From the NCBI RefSeq assembly GCF_001194135.2, contig NC_068984.1:130545161-130609160 (forward strand): a DNA stretch of 64,000 nucleotides, given 5' to 3'. Source of the stretch: Octopus bimaculoides. Lineage: Eukaryota. Below the pieces are notes generated by a model. That model had not been told where the DNA came from. It saw only the letters and a list, made by a program, of their open reading frames with translations, and ran no database searches. This document shows, piece after piece, positions 45,400 through 58,451 of this stretch (position 1 is the stretch's first letter; each line of letters opens with the position of its first letter). The translations under genes and the position numbers were made by a program.

Positions 45400-46060
45400 A
45401 TGCCTGAAATAAAGTGCAGTAACAGTAGGTGTACATGGGGAGACAGTATATAACTGCAGTAAGTGTACAGCTGTTGCAGGTACATACAGCTAGACAGTGT
45501 AAGCTGCAGTAAGTGTACATAAGGGGACAGTCTATTGATGCAATAGGTGTATAGAGAGGTAGTATACAGCTAGTGTACACAGAGCGGCAGTGTACAAGTG
45601 CATATAGGATGACAGTGTAAAATTGCAGCAAGTGTACATAGGGAGACTGTACTGATGCAATAGGTGTACACAGAGAGGCAGTGTCCTGCTGTTGAAGGTG
45701 TATATAGGGAGACAGGATTCAATTGCTGTAGGAGTACACAGGGAGACTGTACAGCTGTAGCAAGTATACAATGGCAGTAGGTGTCTATAGGGAGACAGTG
45801 TACTGCTGTAGCAAGTATACAGTGGTAATAGGTGTATATAGGGAGACAGTGTACTGCTGTAGCAAGTATACAATGGCAGTAGGTGTNNNNNNNNNNTGCT
45901 GTAGCAAGTATACAATGGCAGTAGGTGTCTATAGGGAGACAGTGTACTGCTGTAGCAAGTATACAGTGGTAATAGGTGTATATAGGGAGACAGTGTACTG
46001 CTGTAGCAAGTATACAATGGCAGTAGGTGTCTATAGGGAGACTGTACAGTTGCAGTAGGT
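45400..46060. repeat. 51-bp minisatellite with two alternating variants (102-bp higher order), degenerate at the left end
   Basis: Units TACAATGGCAGTAGGTGTCTATAGGGAGACAGTGTACTGCTGTAGCAAGTA and TACAGTGGTAATAGGTGTATATAGGG...; gives the 17-aa periodic ORFs. Confidence 0.9.
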
Positions 46061-46882
46061 GTACACAAGCTAGCAATTTAACTGCTGGAATGCTTGGTGA
46101 TGCAATACATCCCTGCATCACTGTTGGTTGTAGGAAAAAACTAACACAGACATTGAGTCAATACAGACAGAGGCTGAGATTTTCTCACTGAGACATGTAT
46201 GGTGTGTTTGTAGAAACAGGAGAGTGGTATGTGGAGGAGACAGTGGTGGTCCGCAGAGAAAAAGGAGAGAGGAGAAAGAAGTCAAAAGAAGAGAGAGAGA
46301 GAGAGAGAGAGGAGGTAGAGGGGGAAGTAACAGAGAGGGAGAAAGACAGAAAGAAATGGAAATAATATTGAAAGAAAAGGATAATAATAATAATAAACAA
46401 AATGAAGAACAAAAGAGTATGAGAAAAGACCTATCATGTTCCACCACCACCACCACCACCACCACCACTCTGGCATAGCCAGTACCAAGATACCTACCTT
46501 CACTTATCAACTACCATTACTATCCTATCACCACCATCATCATCATCATTATCACTATTCCTTAACAACCTCCACCACATCCCAATACCACACCTTATCA
46601 TCATCACCACCACCATCAGCACACTCTCCAAAACCATTATGAGTATCACCACCTCTTACAGACAGGAAATTCTACAAGATATCCCAAAATAAATTAAAAC
46701 AATGAGTCTGTGATCTGCTTCAAGACACTCCCTGTTGTTGATTATATTGTTGTACTTGTTGTTGTTGTTGTTGTTGTGGTGGTGGTGTTACTTTGGTGGA
46801 ACTTTGCTCTGTAACTTGGCTCTTTTGAAGACCTGGTGGAATAAAAACCTCCCTTATTTGAAAGACAAGTAATGGTTAGCAA

Positions 46883-47514
46883 GTGGAGGCGCAATGGCCC
46901 AGTGGTTAGGGCAGTGGACTCACGGTCATTGGATCACGCTTTCGATTCCCAGACCAGGTGTTGTGAGTGTTTATTGAGCGAAAACACCTAAAGCTCCACG
47001 AGGCTCCGGCAGGGGATGGTGGCGAACCCTGCTGTACTCTTCCACCACAACTTTCTCTCACCCTTACTTCCTGTTTCTGTTGTGCCTGTATTTCAAAGGG
47101 CCAGCCTTGTCACACTGTGTCACGCTAAATATCCCCAAGAACTACGTTAAGGGTACACGTGTCTGTGGAGTGCTCAGCCACTTGCATGATAATTTCACGA
47201 GCAGGCTGTNNNNNNNNNNAAAACACCTAAAGCTCCACGAGGCTCCGGCAGGGGATGGTGGCGAACCCTGCTGTACTCTTCCACCACAACTTTCTCTCAC
47301 CCTTACTTCCTGTTTCTGTTGTGCCTGTATTTCAAAGGGCCAGCCTTGTCACACTGTGTCACGCTAAATATCCCCAAGAACTACGTTAAGGGTACACGTG
47401 TCTGTGGAGTGCTCAGCCACTTGCATGATAATTTCACGAGCAGGCTGTTCCGTTGATCGGATCAACTGGAACAATCGACGTCGTAAGCGACAGAGTGCCA
47501 ACAACAACAACAAC
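46883..47514 (+). mobile_element. SINE family C with a 229-bp apparent duplication across a 10-N gap
   Basis: 12-bp TSD AATGGTTAGCAA at 46871-46882 and 47515-47526; 46981-47209 is identical to 47220-47448. Confidence 0.9.
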
Positions 47515-47924
47515 AATGGTTAGCAACAGGAAGGACATTAGGCCATGAATTACTGTCTCAAATAGATTTCATCCAACTCATGCTGGAATGGAAAAAAAAA
47601 AATATAAAACAAACAAAAAAAGAAAAGATGCCGTATTGTGTGTACTCTCTATAGTTGCCAGTCTTTCCATGCTGTTGTTGTTCTTGTTGCTGTTATGCAT
47701 CCCCTCTCCATCAGGGTTGGCCCTGTCTAAGTTTGCTTTAACAGAGCTAACCTAATAGTTGAAGAGGGGTACATAACAGGGATCGTCTAAACCCCTAACT
47801 TTTTTCACATCATGGACTGGTTTCATACAAGATAATTTTTCCACAGATTTGAGGTTCACACACATAATAGAACACAAGAAAATACATAATATATCATTCA
47901 ATTATTACATGTATAATGGTGCAT

Positions 47925-48245
47925 GGCTCAGTCGTTAGAGTGTCATGAGATAGGGAGTTCAATTCCCGGACCGGGCTATGTGTTGTGCTCTTGAGCAAAA
48001 CACTTTATTTCACGTTGCTCCAGTTCACTCAGCTGCAGAAATGAGTAGTGACATCACTGGTGCCAAGCTGTATCAGCCTTTGACCTTTCCCTTGAATAAC
48101 ATCGGTGGCATGGAAAGGGGAGGCCGGTATGCATGGGCGACTGCAGGTCTTCCATAAACAACCCTGCCCAGATTTGTGTCACGGAGAGTAACTTTCTAGG
48201 TGCAATCCCATGGTCAGTCATGACTGATGGGGGTCTTTACCCTTT
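47925..48245 (+). mobile_element. SINE family F copy
   Basis: tRNA-like head, cttgagcaaaacactttatttcacgttgctccagttcactcagctg core, tail matching 3325-3645. Confidence 0.75.
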
Positions 48246-48407
48246 ACATATATAATGTATAATGGGTCATGTGGCAAAGGATGGACAACATCAGACTCCC
48301 CAAACAGATCCTTTACTCCTAACTATCCAAGGGTAAAAAGAAACTATGGAAGACCTCAACTGAGATTAAAAGATACTGCAAAAAAGAAAATTAAATGGAA
48401 AGGAATT

Positions 48408-48793
48408 ACTCTTTTACTTGTTTCAGTCATTTGACTGCGGCCATGCTGGAGTACTGCCTTTAGTCGAACAAATCGACACCGGGACTTATTCTTTGTAAGC
48501 CTAGTACTTATTCTATCGGTCTCTTTTGCCGAACCGCTAAGTTACAGGGACGTAAACACACCAGCATCGGTTGTCAAGCGATGTTGGGGGGACAAACACA
48601 GACACAAACGTACACACACACACACACATATATATACATATATATGACGGGCTTCTTTCAGTTTCCGTCTACCAAATCCACTCACAAGGCTTTGGTTGGC
48701 CTGAGGCTATAGTAGAAGACACTTGCCCAAGGTGCCATGCAGTGGGACTGAACCCGGAACCATGTGGTTCGTAAGCACTGCCACTCCTACACC
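48408..48793 (-). mobile_element. SINE family A, near full length
   Basis: Reverse complement of 30486-30889 with a small deletion in the head. Confidence 0.9.
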
Positions 48794-49805
48794 TTAATCA
48801 TAATAAATGGCAAACAAGCGAAAAACCAACCAGTGTGGTGAAAGCTTATCAAAACATGCCAAAGTCAATGAACAATCACAGTTGCGATGACTGATTGGAG
48901 ATAATATAATGTAAAACACCCCACAGACTGCGAGAGTTGATAAAGCGGAAATAAAATTTAAAAATTTATTCTCTCTGTGCAATATGGTACCATATGGTAC
49001 CACAGCCTGGTACTGCTCTGTGTCCTGGTGGTTGGAGAACCTTGATATAGGTACTTGAGGGAAGCACTAGGTATAATCCACAAATTTAGTGCTACAGATT
49101 GCTGGCAACCTCACCTCACTCGTGTTGGTGGCATGATAAAAAAGCACTCAGTATGGACTGTTGGCATCAGAAGGGCATCCAACCATTAGAAGCCATGCCA
49201 AACCAGACACTGGTGCATAATGCAGTCTTTGAACCCAGTGGATCTTGTCAAACCATCTAACCCATGCCAGCTTGAAACATGGATGTTAAATGATGATTGT
49301 GATGATGGAGGGTGATGGTGGTGGTGGTGATGATGATGATGTTCTTGTAGCCCCAGGTCAGCCTATGGCATGTAGGTGGTTGAGCCAACAATGGGTTGTT
49401 GTGAGTCACAGGCAATATTGTTCCAGATATGCAACGCCTTCTCCTAGCTGATGACTATGCAGTCGTTAATTGCAGAGGCAGAAGTATTGCAGTCTAGACA
49501 TGTCTAGTCTATTTTTGAAGTCCTGCAGATTCTGATGATTTCAACAGCAGCAAAAGCAATTACGATGAACTCAGAATGCAACAGTAGCACAACACTCCTC
49601 CACATTTATCAGCAATCAGCATCCAATATGGTGCTTGGAGCTAATGGAGCTATTGGTGCTACAGCTATTTTCTGTGTTTTGTGGTGTTTATATGTTTATC
49701 TAGGCTAAAGGGGAGAATGAGATAGTGTTCTCAGTACAGCATTGCTAGTATTTTATTGTATATGGGGTAGGGGTCATTACAGCAATAATATATATTAGTG
49801 ACAGG

Positions 49806-50025
49806 GAAGGCAGTAAGCTGGCAGAAATGTTAGCATGCCGGGCGAAATGCTTAGTGGTATTTCATCTGTCTTTATGTTCCGAGTTCAAATTCCACCGAGG
49901 TCGACTTTGCCTTTCATCCTTTTTGGGTTGATAAATTAAGTACCAGTTGCATACTGGGAGTCAATCTAATCAACAGGCCCCCTGCCAAAATATTCCAGGC
50001 CTTGTGCCTAGAGTAGAAAAGAATA
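49806..50025 (+). mobile_element. SINE family B (alternative tail)
   Basis: Family B head and core; tail ccaggccttgtgcctagagtagaaaagaat shared with 53056-53270. Confidence 0.85.
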
Positions 50026-50284
50026 TATATTAGTGACAGTAATAGGTACCCCCACTTTACTCTTTAGCATTTAAACTGACCATATCTGGTCATAATATTC
50101 TTCCTGTTTTATGATCAGACTGGCCAGATCCAGCCTCTCACACCCACTTGACAATGCTAGTCTCCAAAAATACAGCCGCATAATCAAAATCTCAAGGCTA
50201 CAAGAGAATGCAGGATAAATTCAAAATGATGTGAATAAATAAGTGTTACATCTGACATAATAATCTGAATGCTAAAGGGTTAAG

Positions 50285-50660
50285 GTGTGGCTGTGTGGCA
50301 AGAAGCTTGCTTCCCAACCACATGGTTCCAGGTTCAGTCCCACTGCATGGCACCTTGGGGAAGTGTCTTTTACTATAGCCTAAGGGCCAATCAAAGCCTT
50401 GTGAGTGGATTTGGTAGTCGGAAACTGAAAGAAACCTGTCGTATATATATTTATTTATTTGTTTGTTTGTCACCCAGCCATCACTTGACAACCGATGTTG
50501 GTGTGTTTATGTCCCCATAACTTAGTGGTTCGGCAAAACAGACCAATAGAACAAGTACTAGGCTAACAAAGAATAAGTTCTTGGGTCGATTTGTTTGACT
50601 AAAACCCTTTAAGACGGTGTTCCAGCATGGCCGCAGTCAAATGGCTGAAACAAGTAAAAG
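50285..50660 (+). mobile_element. SINE family A, full length
   Basis: Same head, core and tail as 30486-30889. Confidence 0.85.
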
Positions 50661-50663
50661 AAG

Positions 50664-50799
50664 CATGAGAGAACCTCTCATATTGTCTTTTGTTTACATT
50701 GCAAATAAGTGCAAAATGCATTCTTTGTTTGTCTTTATATTAACAATATAAGTAAGAATGCATTTTGTACCAAGAACCAATGTGAGAGGTTCTCTCATG
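50664..50799. mobile_element. 136-bp MITE with 22-bp TIR
   Basis: CATGAGAGAACCTCTCATATTG / CAATGTGAGAGGTTCTCTCATG (21/22) plus inner arms caaaatgcattctt / aagaatgcattttg. Confidence 0.75.
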
Positions 50800-50896
50800 G
50801 TCTCTACTGCAGTATAGTTTGTTCTAACAGAACATCAACGTTTAAGTGGGGATAAATATGTCAATAACATATACATGTGCTGATTTCTTTCATTGT

Positions 50897-51080
50897 TATT
50901 AATCAATTGATTAACCATTTAACCAATCAACTAAACAAATTAATTGCTTGATTAATTATTTGATCAATTAATCAGTCATGTAGGTTTGTGGAAATTCTTT
51001 TGTTGTTTGACAAACCTACCTGATTGATTGATCAAGTAATTAATTGATCAATTGATTACTTAATTGGCTAAATGGTTAAC
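50897..51080. repeat. AT-rich fold-back (~185 bp)
   Basis: ttaaccatttaaccaat / attggctaaatggttaa outer arms; tgatcaattaatcag..gtaggtttgt / acaaacctac..ctgattgattgatca inner arms. Confidence 0.7.
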
Positions 51081-51523
51081 CTGCTGACAAATAATAATGG
51101 CTTCAAATTTTGGCACAAGGCCAGCAATTTTAGAGGGAGGGAGCCGGTCAGTTACAGCCACTTGACTGTACTTTTTTTTTCTCAACATCAGTTCTTGAGT
51201 GTACATTCGTTTTTGCTTAACTTCAAAAGGATAAAAGGTATTGTTGACCTCAATGGAATTTGAAATCAGAATGTAAAAAGCAGAGAAACACTACTAAGCA
51301 TTTTCCTGATGTGCTAACAATTCTGCCAACTCATCACCTTCATTTGGCTAATAATGATAAAGGAAGTGAAATAGAACCAGTGCATGTGTTTAGTAATGGC
51401 ATAATGACCCTCCCAAAATACAAAAAAAAAATGTTTGAACACATAAGTTCACACCAAGAATCTTGCAAACCAAATACAAAAATGAAGTGCTTAGTATTGC
51501 TCTGGTGTGGTTAAGTGGTGTTG

Positions 51524-51554
<31 letters not shown>

Positions 51555-52677
51555 GTCATTGCACATACAGTGGTAAGGACGGCTTGATTTTAAATTTTCT
51601 GTGGGAACGCTCCTCATACATTCAACTGGTTTGTTCAGGAGGCTGAGCTACATAAAAGAGATGACAAAAATCACCAGTGGTAACACAGTGCAGAAGACCT
51701 GTCCAACCCATGCAAGCAAGAAAAGCGGACCCATGACAACAACAATTATCATGACCATGATGATCATCATCATGTTGGTGACGATGATGATGGTGACATA
51801 TGATAATGAAGGTGATGACAATGATGGTGATGATGACAAAAACGATGAAGATGATAATAGTAATGATAATGATAATGGTGATGCTGGTGATGATGACGAC
51901 GACATAGACAAGTAGGCTGATTCAGTCGGTCGATTATATCACCCCCACTAACAATGTTTGGCCACGAGCCTAGTCAAAAGAAATTAATATTCCACAGACA
52001 GATAGCAAAGCAGTCAGAGTGGTAGGAAAACACAGTCGTTTCAATTCATTAGTCAGAGAGAAATGTGTTTAAACACAACTCCTCCGCCAGCCAAGAGCCA
52101 CTGTTGTTACATAAAAAACACTGTATTATGTAAAAACATCTGGTTAAATGAAATGAATATTTTTAACTTGTTTCGATGTATTGATGCAGTTATTAATAGT
52201 GTAGTTGCAATTTGGTGGTGCACTGATGTAACTGACTCCTATTAGAAAGGAAATCGATAACGTGTGCAGCCACAATGCATTCAGTCAATGAACTCAACCC
52301 AAACAGTCAGCGTTACCCGCCCAATATTCGAAGTACCCTGCATTTATCAATGGATTTTATCACTGTGTGTGTGTGTGTGTGTGTGTGTAAAAGTAGGGTA
52401 AAGTTATCCCTCTGAGTCACGTTGATTCATAGGGGCCAGTTTCCTGGTTTCATGGTGTATATATTCCCCACCTGGACGGGACACCGGTCCATCGCAAGGT
52501 TATTCCTCTTTGCCAGCTGAGTGGACTAAAGCAATGCGAAAAGAAGTGTTTTGCTCAAGGACACAACACATCGCCTGGTCCAGGAATTGAAACCACAATC
52601 GTACGATCATGAGTCTAACACCCTAACCATTAAGCCACGCACCTCCACTCTGTCTGTGTGTGTGTGTGTGTGTGAAT

Positions 52678-53409
52678 CAGTGGTTCTCAACCATTTTTTA
52701 TCTATGGACTCCATTGATTTCCATTTTACTCTACTGGAACCTCATAACCATTTAATATTTAAAAAATTATATTCTTCATCATCATCATCATCATTTAATG
52801 TCTGTTTTCCATGCTGGCATGGGTTGGACGGTTTGACAGGAGCTGGCAAAGCTAGGAGTCACACCAGGCTCCATTGTCTGTTTTGGTATGGTTTTTACAG
52901 CTGGATACCCTTCCTAATACCAACCACTTTACAAAGTGTACTGGGTGCTTTTTATGTGGCACCAGAACCACTGCTTTTTACGTCACACCATCACCTATCC
53001 TTTTTATGTGGCACCAGCAGCAGTGCTTTTTAAATATTACTAGGAAGTAAGTGTAAGGTGGCGAGCTAGCAGAATCATTAGCATGCCAGGCAAAATGCTT
53101 AGCAATATTTCATCTGTCTTTATGTTCTGAGTTCAAATTCCACCGAGGTCGACTTTGCCTTTTATCCTTTTGGAGTTGATAAATTAAGTACCAGTTGCAT
53201 ACTGGGGTCAATCTAATCGACTGGTCCCTCCCCAAAAATTTTGGGCCTTGTGCCTGGAGTAAAAAAGAACATTATTAGGAAGTGTATATAAAAACATTTC
53301 AGAATATTTTGTGTATTGTAGAAGTATAATGAGTTTATTGCTCATGATTTTAACAGCAAAATCTTATATAGAACCCTAAGGGCCATATGAACCAAGCTGA
53401 GAACCACTG
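52678..53409. mobile_element. hAT MITE carrying nested family D (52780-53030) and family B (53056-53270) insertions
   Basis: TIR CAGTGGTTCTCA / TGAGAACCACTG; degenerate 8-bp TSD GTGTGAAT / GTGTAGAT; a related end lies at 30349-30430. Confidence 0.75.
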
Positions 53410-53588
53410 GTGTAGATGGAAACAGGCATAACTGTATGTTTAAGAAATTCACTTCGCAACCACATGGGTTTGGGTTTCTTCCCTCTACATGGCACCTTGG
53501 GCATGTGTCTTCCACTATTATCCTGGGCTGACCAATGTCATGTGGAAGAATTTCAATGATGGTAACTTTATGGAAACCCATCCTAAAT

Positions 53589-53634
<46 letters not shown>

Positions 53635-53753
53635 CCAGCCACAACCAACACTTGGCAACTAATGTTGGTTTGTTAACGTCCCTGGAACCCTTGAAGGGTT
53701 TAGTTGAATGTACCAACCCCACTACTTAAAAAGGCTTGGGTTGGAACCTGACC

Positions 53754-53796
<43 letters not shown>

Positions 53797-54254
53797 TAAA
53801 CACACACACATAACAGGTTTTCAAACTGTTTCCACCTGTCATATTCATTCACAAGGTGGTGGCTGGTCCAAGGTGCTGTGCAATGGGACTGAACCCAAAA
53901 CTACATGTTTGCAAAGCTAGGTGCTTAACCACACAGCTAAGCCTGCTAAAATTTGTTTCACTTTTTGCTTGTATAAGTTTTGCCAGTAATGGGGATGAGG
54001 GGATCCAAAAGGATATCTACAGTTGTAAGATTACAATACAATATAATATATGTGGGAGATGGGCAGCCAGCCATCAGGTGACCCAGCTGATATAGAGCAA
54101 GAGAATCAGTTAGGGAGAGATAATGTTTCCTTTGCTGAACAATGAAACAGGTACAAAACCCAATCTAATCTTGGAACCTTTGAAAGAGGTAAGGGTAAGA
54201 CAGGTAACAAGTGTAGTTGTTTATTAGTTGTAGACATTGTTGGGCATCACTGAA

Positions 54255-54404
54255 GTAGTAGTAGTGGTGGTGGTGGTGGTGGTGGTGGTGATAGTGGTGG
54301 TGACGGTGATGGTAGCAACAGCAATAGTAGTAGTAATAATGGCAGTGGTGGTGGTTGTGGAGGTAGCAGTAGAAGTGGTGGTGATGGTGGTGGTAGTACT
54401 AGTA

Positions 54405-54435
<31 letters not shown>

Positions 54436-54541
54436 CAACGGTGGTGGAAGCAGTGGTGATGGTAATGGTGGTGGTGGTAGCAATGGTGGTGATAGTATTA
54501 GTAGTAGTATGGTGGTGGTGGTAGTACTAGTAGTGGCAGAG

Positions 54542-54592
<51 letters not shown>

Positions 54593-54656
54593 GTAGTAGT
54601 ATTAGTATTAGTAGTAGTAGTAGTATTAGTAGTAGTAGTAGTAGTAGTAGTAGTAA
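54255..54656. repeat. (GTA)n/(GGT)n microsatellite
   Basis: Direct inspection. Confidence 0.95.
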
Positions 54657-55109
54657 TTTCATAATCTGACTCCAGTCAGTGAGAAATCTATCAAGTTACC
54701 TTCAAAGCATGGTAACCATCAGCAGGTAAACCAGAGGATTGCTTAGCATCAGGTCACCGTTAGCAACAACTATTTTCAAGTGTTGCACCACCCTTAGTGG
54801 AAGCACAGCAGGTAGAAAGGTAATAGGTTCAGTGACTTGATCATGATAGGCAGAAAAAAAACTAAAATTAACAACAATAGCAACAAAGGACTATGAATCA
54901 GAGAGTCTATAGATGGATAATCAAAGGTTTGTTTAACACCAGGCCATCATTAGCAACAACTATTTTAGTCTTGTGCTACCAATGTGATAGAACAAGGAAA
55001 AAAAACAAAAAAAAAAAAAGAACATTAAATGTTCCTAAATGATGTAAGCATTGGCAATAACAACAACAACAACAACAACACACACACACAGAGGCACATG
55101 CATGTACAC

Positions 55110-55330
55110 AGCTACCTCAGATGCCATTTGCAAGGGGATGCAAGAATCGCAAAATGAATTCTTTGAGCTGAGCCAACCGGCAAGACACTTAGAGGGAAAC
55201 CAAGAATGAGATGGTTGGATAATATCCATAGTTTTAGTTGGTCATGTTTAGGAATCCAGCCACAAAGTGTAATGCTGTAGGCTTCTGAAAGGATCCTGAT
55301 GATGAGGTGCCTGAAGACTTTGCCCCAATA
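55110..55330 (+). mobile_element. Decayed RTE-clade LINE 3' coding end
   Basis: Translation GKPRMRWLDNIHSFSWSCLGIQP resembles the Rex3/Expander-type terminus RGRPRTRWRDYVSRLAWERLGIPP as recalled. Confidence 0.55.
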
Positions 55331-55336
55331 ATCCTC

Positions 55337-55514
55337 TGGCACGTAAAAGCACCCACTACACTCTCGGAGTGGTTGGCGTTAGGAAGGGCATCCAGCTGTA
55401 GAAACTCTGCCAAATCAGATTGGAGCCTGGTGTAGCCATCTGGTTTCACCAGTCCTCAGTCAAATCGTCCAACCCATGCTAGCATGGAAAGCGGACGTTA
55501 AACAACGATGATGA
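55337..55514 (+). mobile_element. Family D retroposon, 5'-truncated young copy
   Basis: Near-identical to the 3' parts of 39181-39490 and 40953-41295. Confidence 0.9.
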
Positions 55515-55728
55515 TTAATGGTCAGTGAGGACAATGGACGGATAGACGGATGGATGGATTTATGGCAGTGGCAGACTTTCTTCCTCTCAGGTCACTGAGC
55601 ATGGAAAGATTAAAGTTAAAACAGAACAATGTTTAAGCACAAAAACTATGGTGGTGGTTGTAGTAAATTTTGAAATAATTATAGTATGTTTGGTGTGTGG
55701 GTGTGTGTGTGTGTTTGTATACACTCTC

Positions 55729-56162
55729 TTTTATTCTCTTTTACTTGTTTCAGTCATTTGACTGCGGCCATACTGGGGCACCGCCTTTTAGTCGAGCAAA
55801 TCAACCCCAGTACTTATTCTATCGGTCTCTTTTTGCTGAACCGTTAAGTTACGGGGACGTAAACACACCACCATCAGTTGTCAAGCGATGGTGAGGGGAC
55901 AAACATAGACACACAAACATACATCATCGTTTAACGTCCGCTTTCCATGCTAGCATGGGTTGGACGATTTGACTGAGGACNNNNNNNNNNNNNNNNNNNN
56001 NNNNNNNNNNNNNNNNNNNNNNNNNNNNNNNNNNNNNNNNNNNNNNNNNNNNNNNNNNNNNNNNNNNNNNNNNNNNNNNNNNNNNNNNNNNNNNNNNNNN
56101 NNNNNNNNNNNNNNNNNNNNNNNNNNNNNNNNNNNNNNNNNNNNNNNNNNNNNNNNNNNNNN

Positions 56163-56197
<35 letters not shown>

Positions 56198-56362
56198 TAC
56201 GATGGGCTTCTTTCAGTTTCCGTCTACCAAATTCACTCAGAAGGCTTTGGTTGGCCCGAGGCTATAGTAGAAGACACTTGCCCAAGGTACCACGCAGTGG
56301 GACTGAACCCAGATCCATGTGGTTAGTAAGCAAGCTACTTACCACACAACCACTCCTGCGCC
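55729..56362 (-). mobile_element. SINE family A spanning a gap, with a nested family D 3' end (55922-55980)
   Basis: Tail 55729-55920, head 56195-56362. Confidence 0.8.
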
Positions 56363-57630
56363 TATACAGTTAATCTACTAACAGAAAGTTTCATAAGAGT
56401 GAGACAAGACTAGAGATCTTTCTGTCAACAGTTGCGCAGCCAACTTGGCTATAGGCAAATTTGTTGTTTTTATAATAAATTTGTCTACCTATATTGGAGG
56501 TGTTGACTGCAGAAATCACCCTCCATGTCCAGTTTTAGCCACTCCACCATGAAGTGTTATACTTATGGTCAGTTAACAAGGCCAAAGCAAGCAAGCAGAG
56601 TTATGTCTTAGCTAAAAGCATAATACAGAAGGAGCCTCTATGTGGTTGCTCATTTTACTAGAAACAACAGCCAAATCTCCTTGAAATTATACCAATGTGG
56701 TTGCTGAGTTTACTAGTAATAGTAGCCAAATCTCCTTCAAATCATACTATTTTTAAAAAGAAGGACACGTAGGATAATGTAGTCTTATATTGCATTATGC
56801 CTAAGAAAATGGTAAGGTGGTCATGGCTAGAATATACTTGATCATAGTTTGCTTGAATCAGGGCACTTCTGTGAATAATTCGCAATACTGATCAAGCTAA
56901 CCAGCAATGGAGCTTCTACGCAGACATTTGATCAGCTAGAAATAGCAACCAAATCTTCCTCAAAACCTCATCTAATGATTTAGTAGTAAGAACATATCTT
57001 GGATGATGTAGTATTCATTATTATCATTTAACTTCCATTTTCTATGCTGGCATGGGTTGCACAGTTCGACAGAAGCTGGAGAGCTGCTCAGGCTCTATTT
57101 TGTCTGTTTTGGCATGGCTTCTATGGCTGGATGCCCTTCCTAAAACCAACCACTTTACAGAATGTATTAGGTGTTCTTAATGTGGCACCAGCATTGGCAC
57201 TTTTATGAGGTACAGGCACAGGTGTTTTATGTTGCATCAGCATCCATAAGCCCGCAAGAACTAGGACTAGCTATGCTATACCTAAAAGAAAAAAATGACT
57301 GCAATACGTTTAATCATAGGTTTACTCAGTGAAACAAGAACTAGAATTAAACAACAACATAGTAAAATGTCATTTGAAACCAACTTATTTGTATATAATT
57401 GTGTAAATGAAACATTGATAGCATGATTTCTGTGTCTCTGATGTAGCAAGCAAATGTTACCAAAGTTTTAAGAGACTCAGAAGATGCGTGTTGTACACAC
57501 ACACACACACACATATAGAGAGGTAGATAGATAGATAGGTAAGTAGATATGTGTGTGTGTGTGTCTTTGTATCTGTGCTTGTCCACCTACACTCCTTGAC
57601 AACAGGCATTGGTGGGTTTACATCCTCATA

Positions 57631-57792
57631 CTACACTCTCTGAGTGGTTGGCGTTAGGAAGGGCATCCAGCTGTAGAAACTCTGCCAAATTTAGATTGGA
57701 GCCTGGTGTTGCCATCCGGTTTCACCAGTCCTCAGTCAAGTCATCCAACCCATGCTAGCATGGAAAGCGGACGTTAAACGATGATGATGATG
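57631..57792 (+). mobile_element. 5'-truncated family D copy inserted into a family A tail
   Basis: Host sequence gtttacatcctcata|...|ataacttagc is interrupted by the insert, which ends in (ATG)n. Confidence 0.85.
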
Positions 57793-58419
57793 ATAACTTA
57801 GCTATTTCGCAAAAGAGATTGATATAATAAGTACCAGACTTAAAAAAGAAAAAAAGTACTAGGGTCAATTCATTTGACTAAAAATCCTTAAAGGCAGTGT
57901 CCCAGCATGGCCACATGGCTACAGTCTAATGACTGAAACATCAGAGAACTGCAGCCAATCATTGGTTTTCAGGGAGTCTTAATTAAGCATGCAAATTTTT
58001 TTTAATAAACAAATGAACAAGTCCTCAGTGACTGAAAGTATGCTTGAAATATTTGTTGATCACTCCCGAGATATTCAAAGCTATTTATGACATCAAAGCT
58101 GCAGTGAAACGAACTTGAATAAACTGAATTTGTCGTCTCATTAGTAATAATTACCCCTTAATTTTTGAAATATTTGTTTACATTTCAGTTCAAATAATGT
58201 AAATCACACTTCTAAGACGAAGAAGGAACCATGCCACCGAAGTCGGTCGTTGTATAGACAGATCTTTGATATATGCTTCCTACACAAATAGACTGCAGCT
58301 GCAGATAAGAGAGCTAATAGAATTCTTAGAATAACAACAACTATCGTAAGTGCAGGCTTCAAGCACAATGGTTGGAATTATCTGAAGAAACAAAGAAGAA
58401 GAAGGAGAAGAAGAAGCAA

Positions 58420-58451
<32 letters not shown>

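Noticed and set aside
45741-46050. CRISPR-like appearance of the regular repeat
   Set aside because: The units are fully tandem with no unique spacers, in a eukaryotic context without cas genes.
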